64,000 nucleotides of DNA from an uncultured Gemmatimonadales bacterium (GTDB lineage Bacteria > Gemmatimonadota > Gemmatimonadetes > Longimicrobiales > Gaopeijiaceae), in NCBI GenBank assembly GCA_963809895.1, contig CAWELD010000003.1, forward strand, positions 2,688,001 to 2,752,000. Direction: 5' to 3'. The notes under the pieces are model-generated. The model ran no database searches, had not been told where the DNA came from, and was given only the letters and a program-made list of their open reading frames with translations. Position 1 is the stretch's first letter, and every line of letters begins with the position of its first letter. Below are positions 48,869 to 59,725 of this stretch, in pieces. Both the position numbers and the translations under genes were made by a program.

Positions 48869-49909
48869 GTGACGAGGAAGGCCGGAAGCCTCCGGCAGGG
48901 TACACAGGGTACATGGTCGGCGCGCGCGCTGATGATCGCGCTCGCCGTCTCGCTGACGCCGTGCGGGCTCCGGGGCCAGGGCCTTCGCTCCATCTCGCTG
49001 GCCTTCGACAACGACGGCTTCGACTTCTGGGTCCCCCCGGATCAGCGCACGGACTGGTTCTACACCCACGGCACGCATCTGGAGGCGGTCCTGGCGTGGC
49101 GCGCCCCGGGCATCCTGGGACAGGGTGGGGACCCGGCGTGTGGCACGGACTCGTCGGCGACGGCGTGCGTGGTCACACGCCTCCGGCTGGGTCAGGAGAT
49201 CTACACGCCCGAGCGCCTCTTCACGTACGGGCTTCCCGGGTACCTGGACGACGGCTACCGGCTGCCGCCCGACCGCCCCTACGCGGGATGGCTGTACGGT
49301 GAATTGGCCAGTGAACGGTTCACGTCGGGAGGCACGACCCGGATCGGCGTCCAGCTCGGCGTCACCGGTCCGCCGTCGCTGGCCCGGAGCGCGCACCTGG
49401 CCTTCCATCGCTGGCTCGACAAGGCGAAGCCCACGGGATGGGAGTACCAGATTCCCTTCGAGCCGGCCTTCGCGGTGTCCTACCGGAGCACCCGCCTGTG
49501 GCCCGCGCTCGATCCGGACCGGACCGTGTCGGCGGCCCTCGAGCCCCACTGGACCGCCACGGCGGGCACGGTCCGGACCGCCGCCGAAGTCGGCCTGTCC
49601 GCGCGGCTGGGGGTGGACGCCCCTCCCGGTCTGGCCTGGGCCGGACCCTCTCCGCGTCGGGCCTACCTGATGGTGGAGCTCGGCGTCGAGGGCGAGTGGG
49701 TGTTGCGGGACCTGTTCCTGGACGGCTCGACATGGCGCAAGAGCGTGTCCGTCGCCAAGGAACCCCTGCTGGGCCGGGCCCGGCTCCAGGTCAGCGCGGG
49801 TTGGAGCGACGTAGGCCTCGAGTTCGCCGTCACCCGCAGCACGCGCGAGTTCGAGGGCCAGGACAGGGCGCACACCTTCGGCACGCTCAGGGTGCGGGTG
49901 CGCCGCTGA
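48869..49909 (+). CDS. LpxR (lipid A deacylase)-family outer-membrane beta-barrel
   Basis: FDND...DWFYTHG, LGQEIYTP, DRPYAGWLY, GVTGPPSLA, GWEYQI, FLDG, TREFEGQ...HTFG. Confidence 0.9.
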   Translation: MTRKAGSLRQGTQGTWSARALMIALAVSLTPCGLRGQGLRSISLAFDNDGFDFWVPPDQRTDWFYTHGTHLEAVLAWRAPGILGQGGDPACGTDSSATACVVTRLRLGQEIYTPERLFTYGLPGYLDDGYRLPPDRPYAGWLYGELASERFTSGGTTRIGVQLGVTGPPSLARSAHLAFHRWLDKAKPTGWEYQIPFEPAFAVSYRSTRLWPALDPDRTVSAALEPHWTATAGTVRTAAEVGLSARLGVDAPPGLAWAGPSPRRAYLMVELGVEGEWVLRDLFLDGSTWRKSVSVAKEPLLGRARLQVSAGWSDVGLEFAVTRSTREFEGQDRAHTFGTLRVRVRR

Positions 49910-49934
49910 CGACATCCGTCACGGGGGGGCGCCG

Positions 49935-51224
49935 TCAGGCCGGAATCCCCCTCCGCGCCACCTCGTCCAGCATCTCCGCGACCCGGTCCAGCTCTGCGGG
50001 CGCATTGTAGATGTGGGTCGAGAGCCGCATCCAGCCGAAGTCGTATTCGCTGATCACCCGGGTGCGCACCTTCGCCGTGCGTGACAGGTGCGCCTGCAGC
50101 GCCAGGGAGTCCACGCCCTCGATGTGGAACGACAGCATGGCCGAGGACAGCGCCTCGTCGGCGGGAGTGACCAGCTCCAGCCCCGGGATCTGCTCCAGCG
50201 AGGCCCTGAGCCTCTGACGCAGCCAGCGCACCCGGGCCTCGATACGATCGGCGCCCAACGCCCTCTGGAACTCCACCGCCGCGAGCAGCCCGGCCAGGCG
50301 GGACTCGTCGAAGGTACCCATGTGGTTGAGGCGCTGCGCACCGATATCCAGGTCGTCCCAGCCGCCGGAGGCCAGGGTAGGCCACAGCTCGGTCCGCCAG
50401 CGCTCGGCGAGGTAGAGCATGCCCGTGCCCTGGGGCGCCAGCAGCCACTTGTGGGGGCTCGACGCGTAGAAGTCGCCGCCGATCCGATCGAGGTCCAGAT
50501 GGAGCATGCCCGGCGGATGCGCGCCGTCGATGGCGAAGACGATTCCACGCTCCGCGCACCGTCGGGCCAGCTCCGCCACCGGGAGGGTGGTCCCGTTGGT
50601 GAAGGTGACGTGTGAGGCCTCCACGACGGCCGTGGCGGGCGTGACCGCGCCCCACACCGCCTCCAGGAGCGCCTCGGACGAGGGCGCCGGCACCGGGAGC
50701 ACGGCACGCCGGAGCTCGGCGCCCCGCCGCTTGGTCACCACCTCCCACGCCGACTTGCCACCGATGTGCTCGTGGTCGGTGATGACCACCTCGGAGCCTT
50801 CGGGCAGGTCCAGCCCGTTGGCCACGAAGCTCATGGCCTCCGTCGTGTTGCGCGGAAAGACGAAGCCTTCCGGGTCTCCGCCCAACAACGCCGCCATGGC
50901 GCCCTCGAGGTCGTCCCAGTCCACGCCCGGCGGATAGGTCATGGCGACGCGGCGCGCGTGCTCTGCCACGGCGTCGACCACGACCCGGGGCGGCGGGCCC
51001 AGGGTGCCGTTGTTCAGATAGATGCGGTCGTCGGGAATCAGGAACTGCGAGCGCACGATGCGCCAGAAGTCCTCGTCGTCCGCGGCCCCACCGGGCTCGA
51101 GGCGGAGCGCCAGGGCTTCCACGGCCCGGGGCCACGCCAGGGCCGAGAGCCCCAGCACGGACAGGAAGCGACGGCGGCCAAGGCGGGCATGGCCTCTGGA
51201 CGGGGAGTTGGAGGACGCGGACAT
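49935..51224 (-). CDS. class V PLP-dependent enzyme (isopenicillin N epimerase/cysteine desulfurase-like) with Tat signal
   Basis: GRRRFL Tat motif; YLNNGTLG, RNTTEA, DGAH, SSPHKWL, RLSTHIYN. Confidence 0.9.
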   Translation of the reverse strand: MSASSNSPSRGHARLGRRRFLSVLGLSALAWPRAVEALALRLEPGGAADDEDFWRIVRSQFLIPDDRIYLNNGTLGPPPRVVVDAVAEHARRVAMTYPPGVDWDDLEGAMAALLGGDPEGFVFPRNTTEAMSFVANGLDLPEGSEVVITDHEHIGGKSAWEVVTKRRGAELRRAVLPVPAPSSEALLEAVWGAVTPATAVVEASHVTFTNGTTLPVAELARRCAERGIVFAIDGAHPPGMLHLDLDRIGGDFYASSPHKWLLAPQGTGMLYLAERWRTELWPTLASGGWDDLDIGAQRLNHMGTFDESRLAGLLAAVEFQRALGADRIEARVRWLRQRLRASLEQIPGLELVTPADEALSSAMLSFHIEGVDSLALQAHLSRTAKVRTRVISEYDFGWMRLSTHIYNAPAELDRVAEMLDEVARRGIPA

Positions 51225-51350
51225 GGCTTCGCGAAATGGTTGATCGGACACGATACGGACGGCAGCAATCACCGTATCGGTACGCCATTCCGACGTCTCA
51301 CGCCACGCCGCGCCCTCCGGACTCCGAACGGGAGGCCGTGGGGTCGCCCG

Positions 51351-53039
51351 TCAATCGTGCACCTGGATGGCACCGGCCGCGATGGGCTCGGGCGCCTCCG
51401 TGTCGAAGACCACGGCACCGTCGGACAGGGTCTCGATGCGCATGCGGAAGGTGTCCCGTCCGCCGGCCCCGTCGCCGTCGCCGGCCCACAGCGTGAAGCG
51501 GTAGCCCGGCTCACCGTTCACGGTGCCCAGGCCCGCGAGCACCCCGGCGTCCGCATCCACGACCATCCAGGACAGCTCGGTGCTCTCGAAGGTCAGGCCC
51601 CGGGCGCGCGCCACCAGCTCGGCGCTGCCCTTGGGGGCGTTCGCGTTCTTCTTGTAGCGGGCCTCGAAACCGAAGCGCATGCGCGCCGCGGGCCCGCCGG
51701 CGTCGCTCTCGATCCATCCGTGGCCCGTCATGAAACCGGCGGCGGGGTCGAAGGCCGCAAGCGGCACACACGCGGGCTCTCCGGTGTTCCCGCCGCCGTC
51801 GGTGCTGCGGACGCAGAGCTGGTAGGTTCCGGGTGCGGACGGCGTGATCGTGGCCTCCACGGCCTCGGATACGGCGTCGAAGGCGCCGTCCGCGGCGGTC
51901 GCGTCCATCCAGGCGCCGTCGTCGAGTACGAAGTCGGGCCCCGCCACGAGCTGCACCTCGGCTCCCGCGATGGCCGAGCCGCCGGTGCCCGCGTCGTCGG
52001 CGATGGCCGACACGTCCACGCTGGTTCCCACCTGAACGGCTTCCGGCGACACCGTCACGTCTCGCGTGAGGGGACCCTCGTCGTCACCCCCCACCTCGAT
52101 GCGGACGACGGGCGTGATCCCGTCCCAGCATCCGTCTCGCCGGAACACGCCCACGCCACCGGTGCCACCGTCGCAGTACCAGTTGCCGAGGGCGGTATTC
52201 CAGAACGTGTAGTCGCTCTCGGCGTCCGAGCCGACGCTGGGCGGAGGTGAAGTCCCGTAGTTGGCGACACCCACGTTGAGCGCGTTGTACGGGCCCGGCA
52301 CCCCCACGGGTGAGGCGCCGTAGGTCTCCGTGTCGAAGGCGATGCCGAAGATCACCTCGTCGGGCAACTGCACGGCGGAGCCCGAGAAGTCGAAGGTGAG
52401 GGTGAGGGCCAACCCGCTCACGCAGGCGCCCAGCACCGGGTCGTACCACTGGCCGCCGAAGGGATAGTCGAAGGCCGGTGGATAACAGGCGGAGTCCCAA
52501 CTCGGCCGGAAGGGAATCGCGAAGGTCTCCGTGCGCGTGGCGAGCAGCGCCCCCACCGCGGGGGCCGATCCGCTGCGGTCCACGGCGTACAGGTTCACGG
52601 TGACCGGATGCGAAAAGGTGGCGCCCGCCGTGGTCACGCAGGCCTCGTCCGGAGCGCGGGTGTCGTCGTTCTCGCACGCCCACGAGGACATGCCCACGGT
52701 GACCGAGCGCAGCGTGCCGCCTGCGGTGAGGAGCACGTCGTCTCCCCACTCGGCGGTGCCGGTCGCCTGGAATCCCACGCTCGGATAGGAGCCCGGGAGC
52801 GGATCGGGGACCGCGTCGTACACCACGCTTCCGGACGAAGCCACCACCGACGCCCGCAGGAGCCGGGGGCCCGCCGACACCGGGCCTTGCGCGGGCCGGG
52901 CCGAGACCGGCGACAGGAGGTCTCCACGCGACGGCGTGGCGACCCTCACGTCCGACGCCCCGTCAGGGACCGTCGGGTTCACACCCTCGTGACAGCCCAC
53001 GAGGAGAATCGTAGCGAGAAGGGCACCGACCAGCCGCAT
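51351..53039 (-). CDS. hypothetical multidomain lipoprotein
   Basis: GGAGG plus ATG 53039; LVGC lipobox; Cys-containing beta domain, Ig-like domain and C-terminal GFMTGHGWI...GAIQVH domain. Confidence 0.8.
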   Translation of the reverse strand: MRLVGALLATILLVGCHEGVNPTVPDGASDVRVATPSRGDLLSPVSARPAQGPVSAGPRLLRASVVASSGSVVYDAVPDPLPGSYPSVGFQATGTAEWGDDVLLTAGGTLRSVTVGMSSWACENDDTRAPDEACVTTAGATFSHPVTVNLYAVDRSGSAPAVGALLATRTETFAIPFRPSWDSACYPPAFDYPFGGQWYDPVLGACVSGLALTLTFDFSGSAVQLPDEVIFGIAFDTETYGASPVGVPGPYNALNVGVANYGTSPPPSVGSDAESDYTFWNTALGNWYCDGGTGGVGVFRRDGCWDGITPVVRIEVGGDDEGPLTRDVTVSPEAVQVGTSVDVSAIADDAGTGGSAIAGAEVQLVAGPDFVLDDGAWMDATAADGAFDAVSEAVEATITPSAPGTYQLCVRSTDGGGNTGEPACVPLAAFDPAAGFMTGHGWIESDAGGPAARMRFGFEARYKKNANAPKGSAELVARARGLTFESTELSWMVVDADAGVLAGLGTVNGEPGYRFTLWAGDGDGAGGRDTFRMRIETLSDGAVVFDTEAPEPIAAGAIQVHD

Positions 53040-53298
53040 GGTAGGCCTCCGGAAGAATGAGCGTCTCCACAGCGAGGCACGGGACCAGCAAGATCTCCGC
53101 CGTCTCCGGGCGACGCGCGGCGGACCGCGGCACGCCGCCACGTGCAACAATCGGCGTTGCAGCGCGGCAACGTGGCGCCCTCGCCAGAAAGCGGCACCGG
53201 CGTGCCTCGTCCGGCAAAGGATGCCGAACGACGACCCTGGGCGAGAAACGGATGTTCCGAGCTTGACGCCACCCCACACGGGGGCGGAGCTTGCCCGG

Positions 53299-54468
53299 AT
53301 GCGTATCGATCCAGGAGACATCGAGCTGTGCGTGGCGGACGACGGCCCGGCGGGCCCGGCGGGCGAGGCTCCGGTCTCCACCCCCATCGTCCAGACCTCG
53401 CTTTTCGCCTTCCCCGACTTCCAGTCGCTCATGGACGGGTTGGCTTCAGAGGACACCACCCACGTCTACTCCCGGGGCCAGAACCCCACGGTGGAGGCCC
53501 TGGAATCGAAGCTCGCCCGCCTGGAGCGGGGGGAGTCCTGCAAGGCCTTCGCGTCGGGCATGGCCGCCATCAGCGCCGTCTTCATGGGCCTGCTGGAGGC
53601 CGGTGATCACATCGTCTTCGCGAACCACATCTACGGGCCCACGCTCCAGCTCGCGCGCCACCTGCGCCGTTTCGGCATCGAGCACGACGTGTGCCGCACC
53701 CTGGACCTGGACGAGGTCGCCCGGACCTGCCGGCCCCAGACGAAGCTCATCTGGGTCGAGAGCCCCGGCACCATGCTCTTCGGGGTGCTGGACCTGGAGG
53801 CGCTGGTGGCGCTGGCCCGCGGTCGTGGCATCACCACCGGCATCGACAACACCTGGGCCACGCCGCTCCTGCAGAAGCCGCTGGAGCTGGGCATGGACAT
53901 CTCCATGCACACGGCCACCAAGTACCTGGGTGGGCACAGCGACCTGGTGGCGGGCGCGGTGGTCACCGATCGCGAGCGCATGCGTCAGATCTTCTACAGG
54001 GCCTTCCTGCTGGGCGGAGGCGTCCTGGCGCCCTTCGACGCATGGCTCCTGCTGCGGGGGATGCGCACCCTCCCCGCGCGCCTGCGGCAGCACGAAGCCG
54101 ACGGCCTGGCCGTGGCGTCCTTCCTCCGCGAACACCCGGCGGTGCGCCGCGTGCACCACCCGGCCTTCGCCCATGACCGCGAGGTGGTGGAGCGCCACCT
54201 CTCTGGCTACACGGGGGTGTTCAGCCTCGAGCTGGAGCGGGACGACTTCGAGAGCGTGCGGCGCTTCATCGACGGGCTCGGCGTCTTCCGCATCGGCGTG
54301 AGCTGGGGCGGCGTGGAGAGCCTGGTCATCTCCCCGGCCCGCCCGGACAACGGCGCACGCCTCGACGCCGTGGGAATCCCCCGGGGACTGGTGCGTCTCT
54401 CGGTGGGGCTGGAGGGGGCCGACACGCTGATCGCGGATCTGGACTCTGCACTGGCCGGGATGTCGTGA
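53299..54468 (+). CDS. trans-sulfuration PLP enzyme (cystathionine lyase/synthase or methionine gamma-lyase family)
   Basis: [51 protein letters not shown]. Confidence 0.93.
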   Translation: MRIDPGDIELCVADDGPAGPAGEAPVSTPIVQTSLFAFPDFQSLMDGLASEDTTHVYSRGQNPTVEALESKLARLERGESCKAFASGMAAISAVFMGLLEAGDHIVFANHIYGPTLQLARHLRRFGIEHDVCRTLDLDEVARTCRPQTKLIWVESPGTMLFGVLDLEALVALARGRGITTGIDNTWATPLLQKPLELGMDISMHTATKYLGGHSDLVAGAVVTDRERMRQIFYRAFLLGGGVLAPFDAWLLLRGMRTLPARLRQHEADGLAVASFLREHPAVRRVHHPAFAHDREVVERHLSGYTGVFSLELERDDFESVRRFIDGLGVFRIGVSWGGVESLVISPARPDNGARLDAVGIPRGLVRLSVGLEGADTLIADLDSALAGMS

Positions 54469-55910
54469 CCGAGCCCCGGCGCACCCTCACCGTGGGAGAG
54501 GCGCTCCTCCCCATCCTCACCATGGTGGCCCTGTTCGTGGCCGGGGTCCTGTTCCTGGAGCCGTCCGGCGAGCTGCTGGTGGCGGTGCTGCTGTGCTCGG
54601 CGGCGGTGGCAGGCTGGATCGCGGCCCGGCACGGCGCCGGGTGGGACGCCATCCAGCGTGCCACCGGCGACAAGCTGGGCGAAGTGCTCCCGGCCATCCT
54701 CATCCTGCTGGTCATCGGCATGCTCATCGCCAGCTGGATCCTGTCGGGAACGATCCCCTACATGGTCTACTGGGGCGTACGGCTGGTGAGCCCCCGCTAC
54801 CTGGTGCTGACCGCTTTCCTGGCCACCGCCACCATGTCGCTCTTCACCGGCACGTCGTGGGGATCGGCGGGCACCATCGGCGTGGCGCTCATGGGTACGG
54901 CGGCGGCCCTGGGCGCGCCCGTGGCCGCCACCGCCGGGGCCGTGGTGTCCGGCGCCTACTTCGGCGACAAGATGTCGCCCCTGTCCGACTCGACGAACAT
55001 CGCCGCCATCGGCGCCGATGCGGAGCTGTACGCCCACATCCGCCACATGCTCTACACCGCCGTGCCCTCCTTCACGGTGTGCCTGGTGGTGTACACGCTG
55101 GAGGCACGCCTGACCGCCGGCGGCACCGGAGCGGGCACCGGGGGCGCGCGCGCCCTGCTGGGAGACATCGACAGCGTCTACCGGCTGAGCTGGATCGTGC
55201 TCATTCCACCGGCCATCGTGGTGTGGAGCATCGTGCGCCGGGTGCCGGCGGCGCTGGCCATCGCGCTCTCGTCGGTGGTGGCCATGATCATCGGCGTGGC
55301 GCTGCAGGGCTTCGGCGTCCAGGAGGCGGTAGTGGCCGCGGTGGGCGGCTTCCAGGCCGACATGGTGGCGGCGACCGGCGCCGATCCCTCGGCCCTGGGC
55401 CCCGACTTCCTGACGCTGGTGGAGCGGGGAGGGCTCTACGGAATGGCCCCGACGCTCATCGTGGTGATCTCGGCCTTCCTGCTGGCCGGAGCCATGGACG
55501 CCTCGGGATCGCTGGACCTCCTCATCGCCCGCCTCCTGGAGAGGGTGCGCTCCGTCTTCGGACTCATCGCCGCCACCATGACCGCCGGCGCCACCATGAT
55601 CGCCCTGACCAGCCACGGGGGCGTGACCTCGCTGGTTGTGGGCGGGCTGTTCCGTGGCGCGTACCGGGAGCGGGGGCTGGCCGCGGTGAACCTGTCCCGC
55701 TCCCTCGAGGACTCGGTCACCATCACGGAGCCCCTCATGCCCTGGACCGTCTCCGCGGTCTTCATGGCGACCACCCTGGGCGTGCCCACCATCCGCTACG
55801 CGCCCTGGGCGGTGTTCTGCTACGGCGGGCCGTTCTTCTCACTCCTCCTCGCCGCCCTGTACCGGCGGACCGGCTTCGGACTTCGCCGGCTGGAGCCGAC
55901 GGATGGGTAG
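54465..55910 (+). CDS. nhaC: NhaC-family transporter
   Basis: TGTSWGSAGTIG, GAVVSGAYFGDKMSPLSDSTN, LSRSLEDS.T...PLMPW. Confidence 0.93.
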   Translation: MTEPRRTLTVGEALLPILTMVALFVAGVLFLEPSGELLVAVLLCSAAVAGWIAARHGAGWDAIQRATGDKLGEVLPAILILLVIGMLIASWILSGTIPYMVYWGVRLVSPRYLVLTAFLATATMSLFTGTSWGSAGTIGVALMGTAAALGAPVAATAGAVVSGAYFGDKMSPLSDSTNIAAIGADAELYAHIRHMLYTAVPSFTVCLVVYTLEARLTAGGTGAGTGGARALLGDIDSVYRLSWIVLIPPAIVVWSIVRRVPAALAIALSSVVAMIIGVALQGFGVQEAVVAAVGGFQADMVAATGADPSALGPDFLTLVERGGLYGMAPTLIVVISAFLLAGAMDASGSLDLLIARLLERVRSVFGLIAATMTAGATMIALTSHGGVTSLVVGGLFRGAYRERGLAAVNLSRSLEDSVTITEPLMPWTVSAVFMATTLGVPTIRYAPWAVFCYGGPFFSLLLAALYRRTGFGLRRLEPTDG

Positions 55911-55976
55911 CCTGTCCGGCGGGTCTTGCGGCATACTCAGGGGCGTTCGCTCCCCTTCCCTCTTCCATGCCCGCCC

Positions 55977-56447
55977 GTGACGCCCAAGCGCTCCCCATCC
56001 GCACGCTCCAGCAAGCTCGTCCTCGTGGGATGGCGCGAATGGGTGGCGCTGCCCGACCTGGGGATCCCCCGGATCAAGGCGAAGATCGACACGGGGGCCC
56101 GATCCTCGTCGCTCCACGCCTACGACATCCGGCGCTTTCGCAGGAAAGGGCGCTCCATGGTGCGCTTCCGGGTGCATCCGATCCAGAAGAACACCCGGAC
56201 CACGGTAGAGGCCGAGGCGGAGCTCTTCGACCAGCGCAAGGTCCGCAGCTCGTCGGGTCAGGAGTCGCTACGCTGGGTGATCGTCACCGAGCTGGACGTC
56301 GGCGGACGGCGCCATCCCATCGAGATCACGCTGACCCGACGTGACGCCATGGGCTTCCGCATGCTGCTGGGCCGCCAGGCGCTTCGTCGGCGCTTCATGG
56401 TGGATCCGGGAGCCTCCTTCCTCGCCTCCTCCCCTCCCTCCCCATGA
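55977..56447 (+). CDS. RimK-associated retropepsin-like peptidase (RimB / ATP-dependent Zn protease family)
   Basis: [40 protein letters not shown]. Confidence 0.92.
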   Translation: MTPKRSPSARSSKLVLVGWREWVALPDLGIPRIKAKIDTGARSSSLHAYDIRRFRRKGRSMVRFRVHPIQKNTRTTVEAEAELFDQRKVRSSSGQESLRWVIVTELDVGGRRHPIEITLTRRDAMGFRMLLGRQALRRRFMVDPGASFLASSPPSP

Positions 56448-57406
56448 GAATCGGCATCCTCTCGCGCCGGGAATCGCTCTACTCCACCGGCAGACTCCGC
56501 GACGCAGCAGTCGAGCGCGGACACGAGGTTCGCATCGTCAACCCGCTGCGCTGCTACATGAACATCTCGGCCAAGCAGCCGAGGGTCATGTACCGGGGCG
56601 CGGAGCTGCACTTCGACGCCATCATCCCGCGCATCGGCGCCTCCATCACCTTCTACGGCATGGCTGTGGCCCGGCAGTTCGAGATGATGGGTGTCTTCTC
56701 CGTCGCCGAATCCCAGGCCATCGCCCGCTCCCGGGACAAGCTGCGTTCGCTGCAGCTCTTGTCGCGCGAGGGCATCGGCCTGCCGGTCACGGGATTCGCC
56801 CGCTCGCCCCGCGACGTCGCCGGGATCATCGGGCTGGTGGGCGGTGCGCCGCTGATCATCAAGCTCCTGGAAGGGACCCAGGGCAAGGGCGTGGTGCTCG
56901 CGGAGACCGGCAAGGCGGCCGAGTCGGTCATCGGCGCCTTCCAGCAGCTCGACGCCAACATCCTGGTCCAGGAGTACATCAAGGAGGCCAGCGGCTCCGA
57001 CCTGCGGGCGTTGGTCGTGGGCGGGCGCGTGGTGGCGTCCATGGAGCGGCATGCGGCTCCGGGGGAGTTCCGCTCCAACCTCCACCTCGGGGGGAGCGCC
57101 GACCCGGTCAAGCTGACCCCCAAGGAGCGCAACACCGCCATCCGCGCCGCCCGCATCCTGGGGCTCACCGTAGCCGGAGTGGACATGCTGCGCTCGAAGC
57201 GCGGGCCCGTGGTCATGGAGGTGAACTCGTCTCCCGGGCTGGAGGGCATCGAGACCGCCACCGGCGTGGACGTAGCCGGTGAGATCATCGAGTACATCGA
57301 AAGCCACGCAGCCCTGGGAGACGAGCACGAGCACGCGGCCCCCGACGGCCGCAAACGCCGCCCTCGGAGGCGCGGCGCGGCGAAGAGCGATGACGCCGAA
57401 GAGTGA
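56444..57406 (+). CDS. rimK: RimK ATP-grasp alpha-L-glutamate ligase
   Basis: [57 protein letters not shown]. Confidence 0.96.
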   Translation: MRIGILSRRESLYSTGRLRDAAVERGHEVRIVNPLRCYMNISAKQPRVMYRGAELHFDAIIPRIGASITFYGMAVARQFEMMGVFSVAESQAIARSRDKLRSLQLLSREGIGLPVTGFARSPRDVAGIIGLVGGAPLIIKLLEGTQGKGVVLAETGKAAESVIGAFQQLDANILVQEYIKEASGSDLRALVVGGRVVASMERHAAPGEFRSNLHLGGSADPVKLTPKERNTAIRAARILGLTVAGVDMLRSKRGPVVMEVNSSPGLEGIETATGVDVAGEIIEYIESHAALGDEHEHAAPDGRKRRPRRRGAAKSDDAEE

Positions 57407-58388
57407 CCTCGCCCCGGCGGCGCTCACCGTGGGCGACACCACGGTGGACCCGGGCACCAGGACCCGGATCGACCTGCCGGTGGCCCGCCTCACCACGGGC
57501 GCGTGGCTCCATCTTCCCGTCGAGGTGATCCACGGCGCACGGCCGGGCCCCACCATCTGGATGAGCGGTGCCGTCCACGGCGACGAGTTGGACGGCGTCG
57601 AGATCATCCGTCGCGTGCTCGAGAACGTGCGCACCCACGCCCTGGCCGGAACCGTGCTGGCCGTGCCCGTCGTCAACGTGTTCGGCGTCGTGGCCGAGAC
57701 CCGCTACCTGCCGGACCGCCGCGACCTGAACCGGTCGTTTCCCGGCTCGCAGCGCGGATCCATGGCTGCCCGCCTCGCGCATCTGTTCATGAAGGAGGTC
57801 GTGGCCCGCTGCTCGGTGGGATTGGATTTCCACTGTGGCTCCGACGATCGGGACAACCTCCCGCAGGTCCGCTGCGACCTCACCGACGACCAGACGCGCG
57901 CCCTCGCCCTGGCCTTCGGAGCTCCGGTGAGCATCCACGGCCGGCCCCCCGACGGAGCGTTGCGCAAGGCCGCGTCCAAGGCCGGGGCTCGGGTGATCCT
58001 CTACGAAGGCGGCGAGGCGCGCCGATTCACCGAGTCGGCCATCAGCACGGGGGTCGCCGGAACGCTGAGGGTGCTGCAGGCGCTGGGTATGCTGCCCGCC
58101 TCCGATGCCGACGACGCTCCCGCGACGGTGGAGGTGTACCGGACCCACTGGGTGCGCGCGGGCCGGAGCGGCATCCTGCGCCTGGACGTGGGGCTGGGCG
58201 AGGAGGTGGCCCGGGGACGCCGGCTCGGCGTCATCGCCGACACCTTCGGCGACGAAGGGCGACCCGTGCGGGCCCGCACCGCCGGTATCGTGGTGGGTCG
58301 GCGCATCAATCCCCTCGTCTATCAGGGTGAAGCCGTGGTGCACGTTGCGGAGCCCTCGGGGCAAGCGCCCGAAGGCGAGGCGCCGTGA
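57390..58388 (+). CDS. succinylglutamate desuccinylase/aspartoacylase-family protein
   Basis: [32 protein letters not shown]. Confidence 0.93.
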   Translation: MTPKSDLAPAALTVGDTTVDPGTRTRIDLPVARLTTGAWLHLPVEVIHGARPGPTIWMSGAVHGDELDGVEIIRRVLENVRTHALAGTVLAVPVVNVFGVVAETRYLPDRRDLNRSFPGSQRGSMAARLAHLFMKEVVARCSVGLDFHCGSDDRDNLPQVRCDLTDDQTRALALAFGAPVSIHGRPPDGALRKAASKAGARVILYEGGEARRFTESAISTGVAGTLRVLQALGMLPASDADDAPATVEVYRTHWVRAGRSGILRLDVGLGEEVARGRRLGVIADTFGDEGRPVRARTAGIVVGRRINPLVYQGEAVVHVAEPSGQAPEGEAP

Positions 58389-59725
58389 GCACGACCGGGT
58401 CTCCCATCGCCGCAGGCGCGCCCGCGCGGGGACTCACGCGCCAGCTGGGCATCAAGGACGGCCTCGCGGTGACGGTCGGCATCGTCATCGGCGTGGGAAT
58501 CCTGCGCACGCCGGGGCTCATCGCCGGGTACCTGCCCGGCCCATGGCTCATCCTGGGGGTGTGGGTGCTGGGCGGCGTGGTGGCGGCACTCAGCACCCTG
58601 GTGCTCGCCGAGATGGCGGCGGCCCTCCCCAGGGCCGGCGGCAAGTACGTGTACGCCCGGGAGGCCTGGGGTCCCACCATGGGGTTCGTGGCCGGCTGGT
58701 CCGAGCTCCTGGTCACCCGGGGATTCTCCGGCGCCGCCAAGGCCGTCGTCATCGCGGAATACCTCGTCCTCCTCCTGGACCGGGGCTCGGTGCGCCTCCT
58801 CGCCGCGGCGGTGGTCCTGGGGTTCGCGGCGCTGCACCTGGGCGGGCTCAAGGTGGGAACGCGCTTCCAGAACGTGACCACCGCCATCAAGATCCTGGTG
58901 ATCCTGGCGGTGGCGGCCGCCGGGCTGGCCGGCGGGGGCACGGCGAGCTTCAGCGGGGTGGAGGCAGCCGTGGCGGGACCGACGCTGCTGGGCTTCGCCC
59001 TCGCCTATCAGTCGGTGTCCTTCGCGTATTACGGCTGGGAAGACGCCGCCAAGATGTCCGAAGAGATTCGCGATCCGGAGCGGGTGCTACCCCGGGTGCT
59101 GGTCGGGGGAGCGCTGGTGGTGGCGCTGCTGTACCTGCTCATGAACGTGTCCTTCCTGGCGGCGTTGACGCCGGCGCAGATGGCCGGCTCGGCGCTGGTG
59201 GCCCAGGACGCCACCGCCGCGGTGTTCGGCGACTCGGCGGGGACCGTGGTGTTGGTGGCGAGCCTCCTCATTCTCATCAGCAGCGCCAACGTCAACTTCC
59301 TGGGACTGCCCCGGGTGGCCTTCGGGCTGGCCCGGGACCGGCTGGCGCCCCGGGCGTTCACCCGGGTCAGCCGACGCGGTACCCCCGCGCCGGCCCTCTA
59401 CTTCATCACCGCCGTCATCCTGGCGCTGGCGCTCAGCGGATCCATCGAGTTCCTGATCCGCTTCATGATGATGGTGGCGATCTCGGTGGACACCATGGTG
59501 CTGCTCGGGTACTTCAGGCTGCGTCGACGCCACCCCGAGCTGGCCCGGCCGTTCCGCGTGCCGCTGCACCCGTGGTTGCCGGCCCTCACGGTGCTCCTGT
59601 ACGTGCTCATCCTGGCCATCCTGGTGGGTACCCAGCCCGAGTTGGCGGTGGGCGGCGGGCTGATGCTCGCGGGCCTCGTGGTCGCGGGATGGCTCGTGGC
59701 GCGGCGCGCGGGAGCCACAGTGTGA
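58385..59725 (+). CDS. APC-family amino acid permease
   Basis: IVIGVGILRTP, AEMAAALPRAGG.Y, FAYYGWE, EEIRDP, RPFRVP. Confidence 0.93.
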   Translation: MSTTGSPIAAGAPARGLTRQLGIKDGLAVTVGIVIGVGILRTPGLIAGYLPGPWLILGVWVLGGVVAALSTLVLAEMAAALPRAGGKYVYAREAWGPTMGFVAGWSELLVTRGFSGAAKAVVIAEYLVLLLDRGSVRLLAAAVVLGFAALHLGGLKVGTRFQNVTTAIKILVILAVAAAGLAGGGTASFSGVEAAVAGPTLLGFALAYQSVSFAYYGWEDAAKMSEEIRDPERVLPRVLVGGALVVALLYLLMNVSFLAALTPAQMAGSALVAQDATAAVFGDSAGTVVLVASLLILISSANVNFLGLPRVAFGLARDRLAPRAFTRVSRRGTPAPALYFITAVILALALSGSIEFLIRFMMMVAISVDTMVLLGYFRLRRRHPELARPFRVPLHPWLPALTVLLYVLILAILVGTQPELAVGGGLMLAGLVVAGWLVARRAGATV

